From: an uncultured virus (IMG/VR IMGVR_UViG_3300025009_000100)
Taxonomy: Duplodnaviria; Heunggongvirae; Uroviricota; Caudoviricetes
IMG/VR virus record: IMGVR_UViG_3300025009_000100
Length of the DNA: 64,000 nt
Strand: one strand, 5' to 3'
Positions within the stretch are counted from its first letter, which is position 1. Every line of letters begins with the position of its first letter. Under the pieces are notes generated by a model. It was not told where the DNA came from and made no database searches. It worked only from the letters and a program-made list of their open reading frames with translations. The translations under genes were made by a program, and so were the position numbers. This document shows positions 47,801 to 57,593 of this stretch, one piece after another.

Positions 47801-48244
47801 GTTGCAGAAAAAAATGGCAAGAAGGATTTCGATAACACCCAAGCAGTTATTAACGACATCCATAGTAGGGTTGACTCCAAGGATGGTTTGGTGTATGGTT
47901 TACGGGTTATCCCGGGAGAGGCTGGCTACACCCCAAAGATAGGTGATATTCAGCGCCCGTCAAAAAAATGGGTGAATGGGTATGAAACAGATATTGATTT
48001 GCTGGGAACCAGTGCCGCATTAGTAAAAAAGAATAAAATTGAGCAAGCTTTAAAAGATATTGGGGTGATAGCTGGCGGTCAAAATGGGTATTATTTTGGG
48101 GATACCGTTGTACTTATAAAAGGGAGAAAGGCCAAGTCAGGTGAAGATGTTGGGGAAATACTATTAAAATCTCCTGAGATTGTAGCTGTGTATAAAAAAC
48201 AATCTAAAGGTGAATCCAATATAACTAAGCGTGTATTACCATAA
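47801..48244 (+). CDS. in-frame continuation after TGA; possible ADP-ribosyltransferase-like domain
   Basis: open frame from 47801; YGLRV...GTSA...GEDVGE resembles an R-S-E pattern. Confidence 0.45.
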   Translation, partial: VAEKNGKKDFDNTQAVINDIHSRVDSKDGLVYGLRVIPGEAGYTPKIGDIQRPSKKWVNGYETDIDLLGTSAALVKKNKIEQALKDIGVIAGGQNGYYFGDTVVLIKGRKAKSGEDVGEILLKSPEIVAVYKKQSKGESNITKRVLP

Positions 48245-48262
48245 TCAGTTAAGGAATAAACG

Positions 48263-49231
48263 ATGTTAAGTCAATATCAGCCTCATGTGCATGCGCTGCC
48301 AATATTGCCCAAAATGCCCAGGATCTCAGTGAATGCAGCCTTCCGGAGAGACCCCACAAGGACTTTATCTCTCCGGAACCAATTCAGTGCCCAAATGAAA
48401 ATGCGGTTCAAGAAACTCAAGCAATTAATCCAGACAAGCGTATTGGACAATGATTGTTTTGGGCTGAATATTAACTGGGCACAGGGGCCTTATGATCCTT
48501 TTACCAGGAACCAAGCCCTCACTGATCAAATATTTGCCTTTGAAAGAAACCCAGCCAAAGTAACCAAATTTATGGAATGGCTGCAAGAGCAAATAGAGAA
48601 TGAAGTCCTGGAAACAATCCCTGGCCAGCAATTAGGGCAAGCGGTAGAAGCAGCATGGACAAATACTTATATCCAAACAGCATATCAAAAAGGGATGCTC
48701 CGGGGCCGGCAAGAACTCAAAGGTAATTCTATAACCGGGTACCAAGACATCCCACCGTATGGCTCGCAATATGGTTCTCTGCAGAAAGCGTTTAATTCTC
48801 CTTTCCACGCGGATAAGGTTGGATTAATATATACCCGAGCCTATGAGGGGTTAAAGGGCATTACCAATGAAATGAGTAAGCAGATTTCAGGGGTTTTAGC
48901 CCAGGGCATATCGGAAGGCTGGAACCCTAAAAAGATTGCAGAGAATCTAACAGACCGTGTTGATAAAATAGGGATTACCAGGGCAACTATATTGGCCAGG
49001 ACAGAAGTAATAAGGGCGCATCATGTTGCTATAGTACAGGAATACAAGAACTGGGGCGTCCAGGGTGTTATTGTTCAGGCAGAATGGACAACCGCAGGAG
49101 ACAGCCGGGTATGTCCTATTTGTTCTTCCTTGCAAGGAAAGGTTTATACTTTAGAACAAATTGAGCCACTAATTCCTCGGCACCCGCAGTGCAGGTGTCT
49201 TGCGTTGCCTGTGGATGTTACGGATAAATAA
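48263..49231 (+). CDS. MuF/SPP1 gp7-like minor head protein
   Basis: RDPTRT, LARTEVIRAH, WTTAGDSRVCPIC, IPRHPQCRC. Confidence 0.9.
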   Translation: MLSQYQPHVHALPILPKMPRISVNAAFRRDPTRTLSLRNQFSAQMKMRFKKLKQLIQTSVLDNDCFGLNINWAQGPYDPFTRNQALTDQIFAFERNPAKVTKFMEWLQEQIENEVLETIPGQQLGQAVEAAWTNTYIQTAYQKGMLRGRQELKGNSITGYQDIPPYGSQYGSLQKAFNSPFHADKVGLIYTRAYEGLKGITNEMSKQISGVLAQGISEGWNPKKIAENLTDRVDKIGITRATILARTEVIRAHHVAIVQEYKNWGVQGVIVQAEWTTAGDSRVCPICSSLQGKVYTLEQIEPLIPRHPQCRCLALPVDVTDK

Positions 49232-49351
49232 TCCTACCTTAATAAATTCAATAATCCCACCAATAAAATAAGTCCTACTTAATTAAAGGTTTTTTATAAA
49301 AATTAAGTAGGGCTTAAATTTTTTAAAAATTTCTCTTTTAATTTTTTTTAT

Positions 49352-49367
49352 AAAAGGTTATAAACAA
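49352..49367 (+). promoter_or_regulatory. candidate late promoter motif, copy 2
   Basis: AAAAGGTTATAAACAA. Confidence 0.55.
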
Positions 49368-49432
49368 GCCATTAAAGTCAAATTTATTTTTGATTACCGA
49401 ACCTTACGTAAGAAAATGAGAGGGAACATGTA

Positions 49433-50986
49433 GTGAATCTACCCAATTTACAAAGTATCTTAACTCAAAATCAGCAAGTTCAGTCCAGGCAGGAAACATT
49501 GGATAATATTATTTATTCGGTGTTTCCTGTAGTCATGTTGACAGAAGGCGTCCATGCTGGTTCCGGTGGCCCTGTTCTTTACACTGCGCAAACCCTTGCC
49601 AATTTCCACCAAACCTGGAATGGCACCCCTGTTACATTAAAACACCCTGATCTCAATGGCACCCCTGTCAGCGCAAACCAGCCTGAAATCTATAAAACCC
49701 AAGTTGTCGGTACCGTATTTAATACCACCTTCCAAGACAATAAACTGAAAGCGGAACTTTGGTTGAACGAGCAGAAATTGGAAATGCTTGCTCCTGGACT
49801 ATTAAATGGACTCCGGGTTGGGATGAAGCTGGATGTGAGCACAGGCCTATTTGATGAAGGGCCGAAAGTTACTGGGAATTTTAACGGACAGGATTATGTG
49901 GCGGTTGCTCACAATATCCGACCCGATCATTTGGCCCTTTTACCAGGGGAAACTGGGGCTTGTTCCTGGAAAGATGGGTGTGGCGTGAGAGCCAATATAG
50001 CGAATACCGAGAATAAAGAAGGAAAGGAGGTGAAACCAAAAATGAGAAGAAGAAAACCCCCGGTGGTTAATTCTACCGGTATCGATGAGAACACTGAATT
50101 CATCAAACAGGAAGAAGCCCTTATCCCCCTTGCCTTCACCATCAATTTCGGAGAAGAATTAATCCATCCTTCTGAGAACAAAGCGAAAGACCCCCAATCG
50201 TACCAAGGGATTATGGACGCTTTACGTGCAGCCCTTTATCCTAATGATATTAATGGTGAAGTATACCATTATATAAGGGCAGCGTATCCGGATTACATCG
50301 TGTATGAGAGGGAATCTAAATTCACTGGCACAAAGCTTTTCAAAAAAGAATACAAAATGATGGATGGTAAGGTGGAATGGACTTCCGAGCCAGTTGAGGT
50401 TCAGCAGGAAATTACGTACAAAGAAATTCAAACCAATGTAACAGCAAACGAAATAAATAACAAGAAGAACGAGGAGAACGAAATGAAGACAATGCGTGAA
50501 TGTTGCCCGGCAAAGGTCGATGAGCTGATCAAGGCCAATGCCAAATTCCAGGAAACGGACAAAGAGATGCTCCTGAATATGTCAGAAGATGCTTTTGCCC
50601 GTGTTATTGACCTGTCCGCCCCCACTGTTGTGGAAAAGGAAGTGGTCAAGGTCGTTGAAAAAGAAGTCAAGGTCAATGCAGAATCCAAAACCTTTGATGA
50701 ACTGCTGGCAAATGCAGACCCCAAGCTTCAGGAATCCATCCAGCACGGACAGCGTCTTGTTGCCCAGGAAAGAGAAAACCTGGTTTCCCGGATCAAAACC
50801 AATAAGGCCAATTCCTTCAGCGATGATGAATTGAAGGCTTTCAGCCTGGATATGCTTGGTAAACTCGCTGCCATGGTTCCCGCGCCCGTAAATTGGGCCG
50901 GCAACGGCGGTGCCCGGCAGGTTATCAATTCCGAAGGGGTTGAACCCCTCCCTGAACTGGAAGACGCCTGGAAAGACGCAAAATAA
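49433..50986 (+). CDS. prohead protease/scaffold (DUF2213-like)
   Basis: PVTLKHP, VSTG, PDHLALL...GACS...GCG; helical C-terminal scaffold. Confidence 0.8.
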   Translation: MNLPNLQSILTQNQQVQSRQETLDNIIYSVFPVVMLTEGVHAGSGGPVLYTAQTLANFHQTWNGTPVTLKHPDLNGTPVSANQPEIYKTQVVGTVFNTTFQDNKLKAELWLNEQKLEMLAPGLLNGLRVGMKLDVSTGLFDEGPKVTGNFNGQDYVAVAHNIRPDHLALLPGETGACSWKDGCGVRANIANTENKEGKEVKPKMRRRKPPVVNSTGIDENTEFIKQEEALIPLAFTINFGEELIHPSENKAKDPQSYQGIMDALRAALYPNDINGEVYHYIRAAYPDYIVYERESKFTGTKLFKKEYKMMDGKVEWTSEPVEVQQEITYKEIQTNVTANEINNKKNEENEMKTMRECCPAKVDELIKANAKFQETDKEMLLNMSEDAFARVIDLSAPTVVEKEVVKVVEKEVKVNAESKTFDELLANADPKLQESIQHGQRLVAQERENLVSRIKTNKANSFSDDELKAFSLDMLGKLAAMVPAPVNWAGNGGARQVINSEGVEPLPELEDAWKDAK

Positions 50987-51045
50987 CCCTGTGGATTTGC
51001 ATTGAACAACCAAATACAAGATAAATAGCAATAAGGAGAAATACG

Positions 51046-51543
51046 ATGAGTTCCAAGAATACGATTTATCTGCGCCAGGGACAGTCCCAGAGAGTGCAGC
51101 TTGAACGACTGGCAAATGCGGCTTTGAAGCCCGGCCACCTTATCGAACTGATGAGCACCAATAAATTCCGGATGCATGCTACTGCTGGTGGACAGGTGTC
51201 CCCGGTAATGTTTGCCATTGAAGATGAGCTTCAGGGGAAAGACGTTGGCGATACCTATGCTGCCGGTGATAATGTTGTCGGTATTATACCCCAGAGAGGT
51301 GATTTCATCCAGGCCTGGCTTAAAAACGGCCAGAATGCCTCCATCGGTTCCAGGTTGGAAAGCGCAGGGGCTGGCCTGCTCCAGGTACACGTTGCGGATG
51401 ATTCAAATGACCCACATTTGACGGAACAGATCGTTGGCATTGCAATGGAAGCGGCCAACCTTTCCTCCTCTTCCGGAGCAGATGCTGCAATCGGTACCAC
51501 TGATGGCGCCGGCAACGTAGCTGTTTGGATTATGATTATCTAA
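51046..51543 (+). CDS. head decoration/cement protein
   Basis: between scaffold and capsid genes; PGHLIE...LESAGAG.L pattern. Confidence 0.7.
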   Translation: MSSKNTIYLRQGQSQRVQLERLANAALKPGHLIELMSTNKFRMHATAGGQVSPVMFAIEDELQGKDVGDTYAAGDNVVGIIPQRGDFIQAWLKNGQNASIGSRLESAGAGLLQVHVADDSNDPHLTEQIVGIAMEAANLSSSSGADAAIGTTDGAGNVAVWIMII

Positions 51544-51611
51544 TCCAAAGTAAGATTTACTGAGACACAGAATAAATTAAATTGAAACATAAATGTACAA
51601 GGAGAAAATAG

Positions 51612-52676
51612 ATGGAAGCGAATACCACTTTTGTTGATCCTCAGAGCGGAAGATTTTCTGATTCAGAAGTCGGAAGCATGTTGGGGACATCGTTTAACGT
51701 GAATGCCATGCGCCCGTATTGGCACAAAGGCCATGTATATATTAACCAGAAAGGCTTTGACGGCAAAATGAAAGCGGTAAAGGTAACCGCTAATGCTGCC
51801 CTGCTCAGAGACGAATGGATAGAAATTGATAAAGTTGTCCAGAAGGTTTCCCGTGAGCGCCTTGTTGGTGCTGCTGATCTTCTCGGCCGGGGCCTCACAT
51901 ACAATCTGACCAATCCCATGGGTAAGACCGTGTTTGAATACCAGGATATGGATGACCCCGGTGAAGCAGCAATGAGCATGGACGGGGCAACTCAGGGTAA
52001 AGGCGACCGGCCTGATTTCCAGACCAAATACCTGCCCATCCCCATTATTCATTCTGATTTCACCATCGGGCAGAGGGCACTGGAAGCCAGCAGAAACTCA
52101 GGTGATGCCCTTGATACGACCATTGTTGAAGCACACACCCGCAGAGTAACGGAAAAACTGGAAGACCTCCTGTTCACCAATACCACTTATGCGTTCGGGG
52201 GCGGAACCATTTATTCCTATCTGTCCTTCACTTCCAAGAATGAAGTGACCCTTTCCGCAAATTGGGATGCTGCTGGTAAAACCGGCGCACTCATTCTGGC
52301 TGATGTTTTGAACATGATCGAAGCATCCATTACAGCAAAGCATTATGGCCCCTGGGTTCTTTATATTCCTACGGCATATCAGACAAAGATGTCGGAAGAC
52401 TATGCAACCGGGTACCCCAAGTCCATTATGCAGCGTTTGATGGAGATTGAAGGTCTTACTGCTATTAAGGTTGCCGACAGACTCACTGCGAACAAAGTTA
52501 TTTTGGCGCAGATGACATCGGACACCGTTCGTTTGATTAATGGGTTCAGCCCCAAAGTCATTCAGTGGTCCAGTCAGGGCGGCATGATCCATCATTTTAA
52601 GGTTATGGCCATCCAGGTGCCCCAGATGAGAGCAGACCAGGCAGGGAATAGCGGTATCACAGTCCTTTCCGCATAG
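51612..52676 (+). CDS. major capsid protein (encapsulin/Linocin-M18-like HK97 fold)
   Basis: EW.EID..V....R.RL; PIPIIHSDF.I..R.LEAS; GPWVLY. Confidence 0.85.
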   Translation: MEANTTFVDPQSGRFSDSEVGSMLGTSFNVNAMRPYWHKGHVYINQKGFDGKMKAVKVTANAALLRDEWIEIDKVVQKVSRERLVGAADLLGRGLTYNLTNPMGKTVFEYQDMDDPGEAAMSMDGATQGKGDRPDFQTKYLPIPIIHSDFTIGQRALEASRNSGDALDTTIVEAHTRRVTEKLEDLLFTNTTYAFGGGTIYSYLSFTSKNEVTLSANWDAAGKTGALILADVLNMIEASITAKHYGPWVLYIPTAYQTKMSEDYATGYPKSIMQRLMEIEGLTAIKVADRLTANKVILAQMTSDTVRLINGFSPKVIQWSSQGGMIHHFKVMAIQVPQMRADQAGNSGITVLSA

Positions 52677-52762
52677 TTTCAGTGAAGGCCCTTAATACCA
52701 CGTATTTAATTAACAATGGGTAATCAAGCCCATTTTGTAAAGATAAAACAAGAGAGGTTCAA

Positions 52763-53257
52763 ATGATAAAAAGCACACAGAAACCCGGAGATAATCAAAC
52801 ACCCGGCCGTAAAGTTAAAATTGCAAAACCGGCACCCAAGCCCGTGCCTGAAAGAAAAAAACTTCGGTATAAGAAAGTGACCGGCGGCATTTTCTTTTCT
52901 GCCACAAAGCAACCTGTCCGTAAAAATGAGATCTTCCTCGCTTACCCAGAAGAAATCCCAGCAGGGTTTGCTTCCAGTTTTATTTGCTTGGATGAAATTA
53001 CAGCCTCGGCAGACCCCGGTATTAAAGTAGGGCTGGCACCTGCCGGCAAGAACTGCTGGAATGTAATTAATATCCTGACCGGCGATATCCTTAACGACTC
53101 CCCATTGGATGCCACATCCGCAAAAGCTTTTTTGGAAGAAGGCCAATCCCTTCCAACTGGCCCTGAGCCCCTGGAACCACCTGAGAAGAAATCCACGGAA
53201 ACCAAAGGCAAAGAGCCTGAGGAAAAGGAAGATGACGAGGAGGAATACGACGACTGA
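52763..53257 (+). CDS. hypothetical protein following the capsid gene
   Basis: GAGG RBS; WNVIN..TG..LN..PL motif; acidic tail. Confidence 0.6.
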   Translation: MIKSTQKPGDNQTPGRKVKIAKPAPKPVPERKKLRYKKVTGGIFFSATKQPVRKNEIFLAYPEEIPAGFASSFICLDEITASADPGIKVGLAPAGKNCWNVINILTGDILNDSPLDATSAKAFLEEGQSLPTGPEPLEPPEKKSTETKGKEPEEKEDDEEEYDD

Positions 53258-54018
53258 TGCTTTGGTCTATCCCACAAATATGGTCTGGCTATTGTTGGAT
53301 ATTGGGCGGAGGGGTTTCCGTAGCTGATCAATTTGGTGTGCCTGAAACCCTTATTCCTACAACCCGGGAAGAATACTATGAATTCGGTTCTTACTTGGAG
53401 CCAATTATGCGTGATCATGTCATTGGGGTAAACGTAGGTGCTTTCGTTTCTGATGCAATACCGGTGGCATTTTTTGGTGATTCCGACACGTATAGTGACT
53501 TCCGGAGTTGGTATGATGATTTTGGAGGGATTAAAGTTTCTGGGGCCGGTAAGTTCGTCGAGCCCATGTTTACTTCCATTTATCACGTGTACAAGAGCCA
53601 TAAACACGGCATTACCAGGAAACCGAATGAAGTGTCCTGGGTTGCTTACAATTCCGCTTGTGGTGCCATCAGTTTAGCATACCATTTGGGGTGCAGGGAA
53701 ATATTTCTTTTGGGGATTGACCTTAAAGAAACCAGAGGCCGGGTTCATTGGCATTCTGGGTACCCGGATAAGGGTAAAACCCCCACAATAAAACACCTGC
53801 ACAAAGGTATCCCCACAAAAGAAAGCCCAGTGCCTTTTAAAATCCATATGCAGAATTATCATTTTATCGCCAGTGATGCTGAAAAGCTCGGGGTTAAAAT
53901 CTGGAATGTATCGCCTGATTCTGCTTTGGATTGTTTTGAAAAGATAGATTTAAAGACCGCTTTAAAGAAAGCCTTGACTCTAACCAAGAAAGCAAGGAGC
54001 AATAATGTTAACAGATAG
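53257..54018 (+). CDS. MptE/Maf/sialyltransferase-like Rossmann enzyme
   Basis: ILGGG.S, VIGVN, NS...AISLAYHLG.REIFLLGID, IWNVSP.SAL..FEK. Confidence 0.6.
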   Translation: MLWSIPQIWSGYCWILGGGVSVADQFGVPETLIPTTREEYYEFGSYLEPIMRDHVIGVNVGAFVSDAIPVAFFGDSDTYSDFRSWYDDFGGIKVSGAGKFVEPMFTSIYHVYKSHKHGITRKPNEVSWVAYNSACGAISLAYHLGCREIFLLGIDLKETRGRVHWHSGYPDKGKTPTIKHLHKGIPTKESPVPFKIHMQNYHFIASDAEKLGVKIWNVSPDSALDCFEKIDLKTALKKALTLTKKARSNNVNR

Positions 54019-54748
54019 TCTGACCATAAATACCAAGACGCAGATTTTATGTGTGTATAAGACCGGGGGGCCTTACACGGATGAATATGTTTTGCGTCTT
54101 TTGGAAGGAGTACAACGGTATTCTACTGAAAATATTTCCTTCCTTTGCCTGACTGATGATGAAGCGTTTATTTCCAAAAAAGTATGTAAGACCAAAAAAC
54201 TGAAACACGGTTGGCCGGGTTGGTGGTCCAAGATTGAGTTATTTCGGCAGGACTTGCCCAAAATTCCTTCTGTTTATTTTGACCTTGACACCATCATAAA
54301 AGGCAATATCGACGCACTTACCCAGCAAGCTCATTCTCATTCTTTTATTGTATTGAGGGGGTTCAGCAATAAGTTCAGGAAGCCTGGAAGCCTGAATTTT
54401 GCCAGCGGGATTATGGCAGGTTCTTTCTGGGAGTATTCGCCCGTGTATGAGTTATTCCTTGAAGACCCTGAAAGATTTATGACCATCAAACAAGAAAATT
54501 GGATGCACGGAGACCAGGGTTTTATTGCTTCCGTAATAGGGGTTGATAACGTCCCCAGACTGCAAGAGCACCTCCAGGAAAACTACATTGTCGGTAAAAG
54601 AATTATCCATCTGGCCAATAAGATCCCGGATGAAGCTTCTGTGATTGCTTGGTCTGGTGAACCCAGGCTGCATGAATTAAACAATGGGAACGATATCATT
54701 CACCAGGAATTATCGTCACTTTGGAATGGGTATAGGTGGCACAAATGA
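54005..54748 (+). CDS. GT-A glycosyltransferase (GT8-like)
   Basis: GWWSKIELF, YFDLD, SGIM, GDQGFI. Confidence 0.8.
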   Translation: MLTDSLTINTKTQILCVYKTGGPYTDEYVLRLLEGVQRYSTENISFLCLTDDEAFISKKVCKTKKLKHGWPGWWSKIELFRQDLPKIPSVYFDLDTIIKGNIDALTQQAHSHSFIVLRGFSNKFRKPGSLNFASGIMAGSFWEYSPVYELFLEDPERFMTIKQENWMHGDQGFIASVIGVDNVPRLQEHLQENYIVGKRIIHLANKIPDEASVIAWSGEPRLHELNNGNDIIHQELSSLWNGYRWHK

Positions 54749-55719
54749 ATCCAGTTGATAAAGTAGTTTCATATTCATCTGCGAACACTCTCCCAGGGAA
54801 ATTGCTTAGAATTGCCAGGACTTGTTTGACGTATGATTTATTTATCAAACCAATTCATTTTCAATTGTGCCCAACAAATGCATGTAATTTGAATTGTGCT
54901 TTTTGTTCTTGTTCCGCCAGGGAGAAATCGCAACAGCTTTCTTTAAAACAGGTGCAAAATCTTTCAGATATCTTTTATTCTTTGGGTTCAGCGGCTGTGA
55001 CAATAACTGGGGGTGGGGAACCTTGCTGTCATCCGAATCTACCTGAGATAATCCGTTGTTTAAGCGGTGCCCGGTTTAAATTAGGGCTTGTCACTAACGG
55101 ATATCTCATTGAAAGGATTTTAAAGGAAATTTCACTCCTGACTTGGTGCCGGGTGAGTGTATCTGATGACAGGGATTTAGACAAACTCTTTTCCATTTTA
55201 TTTCCTTTGGTCACAGAGAATAAAATTGATTGGGCATTCAGTTATGTCGTCACCAGGAATTTTAAAATTCAGAAGTTTGCCAAGGCAGTCCAGTTTGCAA
55301 ACGATCATGGATTCACCCACGTGAGGGCCGTGAGCGATCTCCTTGACCTTGATCGGGTTCCATCGCCGGTTTTTATCCGGGAATTAATGAAAGAATACGG
55401 AGTGGATGATTCTATCGTCATTTACCAATCCCGGCAGGAATACAGCATGGGAACGAGTAAATGTAAGATCAGTTTACTGAAGCCTGTGATTGCTCCTGAT
55501 GGATTTGTTTACCCTTGTTGTGGTGTTCAGTATGCTTTGCCTGAAACACAGGGCGTTTTCCCGGAAGAAATGCGGATGTGTCATATTGAGGATATTCCTA
55601 CTTATTTTGCTTCTCAGAAAGTTTATGAGGGTTCCAGTTGCTATAGATGCTATTACCAAGAGTATAATACGGCTTTGGATTGCATGACAACCGAATACGA
55701 CCATTTGGAGTTTGTGTGA
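54736..55719 (+). CDS. radical SAM/SPASM-type enzyme
   Basis: CNLNCAFC, TGGGEP, TNG, DGFVYPCC, CYRC. Confidence 0.88.
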   Translation: MAQMNPVDKVVSYSSANTLPGKLLRIARTCLTYDLFIKPIHFQLCPTNACNLNCAFCSCSAREKSQQLSLKQVQNLSDIFYSLGSAAVTITGGGEPCCHPNLPEIIRCLSGARFKLGLVTNGYLIERILKEISLLTWCRVSVSDDRDLDKLFSILFPLVTENKIDWAFSYVVTRNFKIQKFAKAVQFANDHGFTHVRAVSDLLDLDRVPSPVFIRELMKEYGVDDSIVIYQSRQEYSMGTSKCKISLLKPVIAPDGFVYPCCGVQYALPETQGVFPEEMRMCHIEDIPTYFASQKVYEGSSCYRCYYQEYNTALDCMTTEYDHLEFV

Positions 55720-56387
55720 TGATTTCCTTTATCCTTTCATATAAAGCGGCGGATCAATTCAGGGAAGAAAACATCAAATTTGTTTTGAAACGGATAGAAG
55801 CTTTACCGATTGAAAAACAAATTATTGTGGTAGAGCAGGGCGTAAAACAAACTTTTTTTAAAGAAGGTATTGAGGTTATCTTTGTTAACGATCCAGGGCT
55901 ATTTTACAAATCCTTTTTGTATAATTTGGGTGCCCTGAACGCTAAGTATGCCATTCTGTTTTTCCATGATATTGACCTGGTGGTATCAGAAGATGTTTAC
56001 TTAACCACCATCAAAGATATCCAGGAAAATGATGTGGTTGATCCCTATGGGAAGGTTGTCTATGTAGGAAATATACCCAGCGCGGTAATCCTCGCGGGAT
56101 TTGATGTAATTGTCAAAAACCCTATCAAAATCCAAGATTCTTCAGTAATTTCTGGTGGATGTTTTTGCATTAAAAAGGATGTTTTTATTCAGGTGGGTGG
56201 ATTTCCGGAACAATGTATCGGTTATGGTCATGAGGACACCGTTTTTGATATTAAGCTGAAAATACATAAATGTAAAATAAAACGCAATTTATCTTATTCC
56301 GTTATCCATTTATGGCATACCCCTCAGTTGGATGAAAAAAGGAATCTTCCTATTTTTAAGGCGTATAAAAGAAAATGCAAAGCATAA
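55719..56387 (+). CDS. GT2/GT7-like glycosyltransferase
   Basis: IVVEQ, YNLGA, FHDID, GGFPE..IGYGHED, HLWH. Confidence 0.85.
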   Translation: MISFILSYKAADQFREENIKFVLKRIEALPIEKQIIVVEQGVKQTFFKEGIEVIFVNDPGLFYKSFLYNLGALNAKYAILFFHDIDLVVSEDVYLTTIKDIQENDVVDPYGKVVYVGNIPSAVILAGFDVIVKNPIKIQDSSVISGGCFCIKKDVFIQVGGFPEQCIGYGHEDTVFDIKLKIHKCKIKRNLSYSVIHLWHTPQLDEKRNLPIFKAYKRKCKA

Positions 56388-57130
56388 AATATACTTTTTT
56401 ATTTCCTTATTTGGATAGGATTCCCCAAACCAGGGCCACTTTAGTTTCTTTGGTTACTTTTTATGGGACCAGGGAAGATGTAGAAATCTTATTTATTCTG
56501 GATCAAAAACAAACCCTGGTGATGACCAGGGAATTATTGAACTTGGTTGATGCTTTTCATGCTTTCTTTAAAATACGACTTATACCTTGTAGTGCAAAGA
56601 TTGCGTATGATCCGGCAACCGCTTATAATGATGGAGCCAAAGAAGCGAGAGGAGACTTTCTTATTCTAAGCAGCCCTGAATGTCAGCACGATGTGGATAT
56701 TTTAAAAGGGCTGGATGCAGAATTTCAAAAGAACATGGGAGCGTATGTGATCTGTTCTTGCAAAGCAACCAATCCTGATGGCTCTTTTAGACGATGGTAT
56801 CAACATAGTATCCACGGAAACCGGGCTTTGAATTTTTGCACTGCTTTATCCCGGGAGAACTTTAATTTGGTAAAGGGTTTTAACGAGGAATACACCATTG
56901 GCTATGGGTATGATGATGACTCATTCCGAGATAGGGTTTTTTACTCAAATATCCCTTTTGTATTTCGGGATGATCTTCAAGTTACGCATCAATGGCACGA
57001 GAAGCCCCGGCCCAATAATTTTTCACAGTTATTTACTCGAAATAAGATTATTTACTCCAAAGAACGTTTAGATCAAGTAATGGATAAGGAATTGCCCTTT
57101 TTATCTACCAAGATCGCAAGGACTTTATAA
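56375..57130 (+). CDS. GT2/GT7-like glycosyltransferase
   Basis: YNDGAKEARGD, GFNEEY..GYGYDDD, HQWH. Confidence 0.8.
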   Translation: MQSIKYTFLFPYLDRIPQTRATLVSLVTFYGTREDVEILFILDQKQTLVMTRELLNLVDAFHAFFKIRLIPCSAKIAYDPATAYNDGAKEARGDFLILSSPECQHDVDILKGLDAEFQKNMGAYVICSCKATNPDGSFRRWYQHSIHGNRALNFCTALSRENFNLVKGFNEEYTIGYGYDDDSFRDRVFYSNIPFVFRDDLQVTHQWHEKPRPNNFSQLFTRNKIIYSKERLDQVMDKELPFLSTKIARTL

Positions 57131-57197
57131 TGCTAAAAAGAAACAGCGATTTGTTTGCCAAAGAGCGTAAAGAATTCACCAATGTGAGGACAGTCGC

Positions 57198-57593
57198 ATG
57201 AATCAAGTTATTTTAATAACAGGGAAAGCTGGTGCGGGTAAAACTACATTGGCAACTTCTTTGGCAAAAAATATTGATGCTGTGCTGTTAGACAGTGACG
57301 CTATCCGGGCAATTTATCCCACAGGATTTTCTGACCAAGATCGAGAACAGCATTTATTCAGGATGGCAAGTCTTGCAGCACTTATCCGGGAGCAAGGTAA
57401 TAATGTTATCATAGCAGCAATAATGCCGAAAAAATCATGGCGGCAAATGATGCTTGAAAAAGTCCCTGGGGCAGCATTAATTCATATCCCGGGTGGAACA
57501 TTGTGGCCTGGTACAGAATATGAGGAACCGGGTGAGGACGAAAACCCTTTATCTTTATATCAAATGAAGAATTTGAGGAATTTAGTATGCTAA
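57198..57593 (+). CDS. cysC: adenylyl-sulfate (APS) kinase-like protein, compact
   Basis: ITGKAGAGKTT, LDSD.IR, GFS.QDR, YEEP. Confidence 0.75.
   Translation: MNQVILITGKAGAGKTTLATSLAKNIDAVLLDSDAIRAIYPTGFSDQDREQHLFRMASLAALIREQGNNVIIAAIMPKKSWRQMMLEKVPGAALIHIPGGTLWPGTEYEEPGEDENPLSLYQMKNLRNLVC

Noticed and set aside
51612..52676. Cellular encapsulin nanocompartment
   Set aside because: It sits within a complete terminase-portal-protease-neck-tail operon, so it is the phage capsid.
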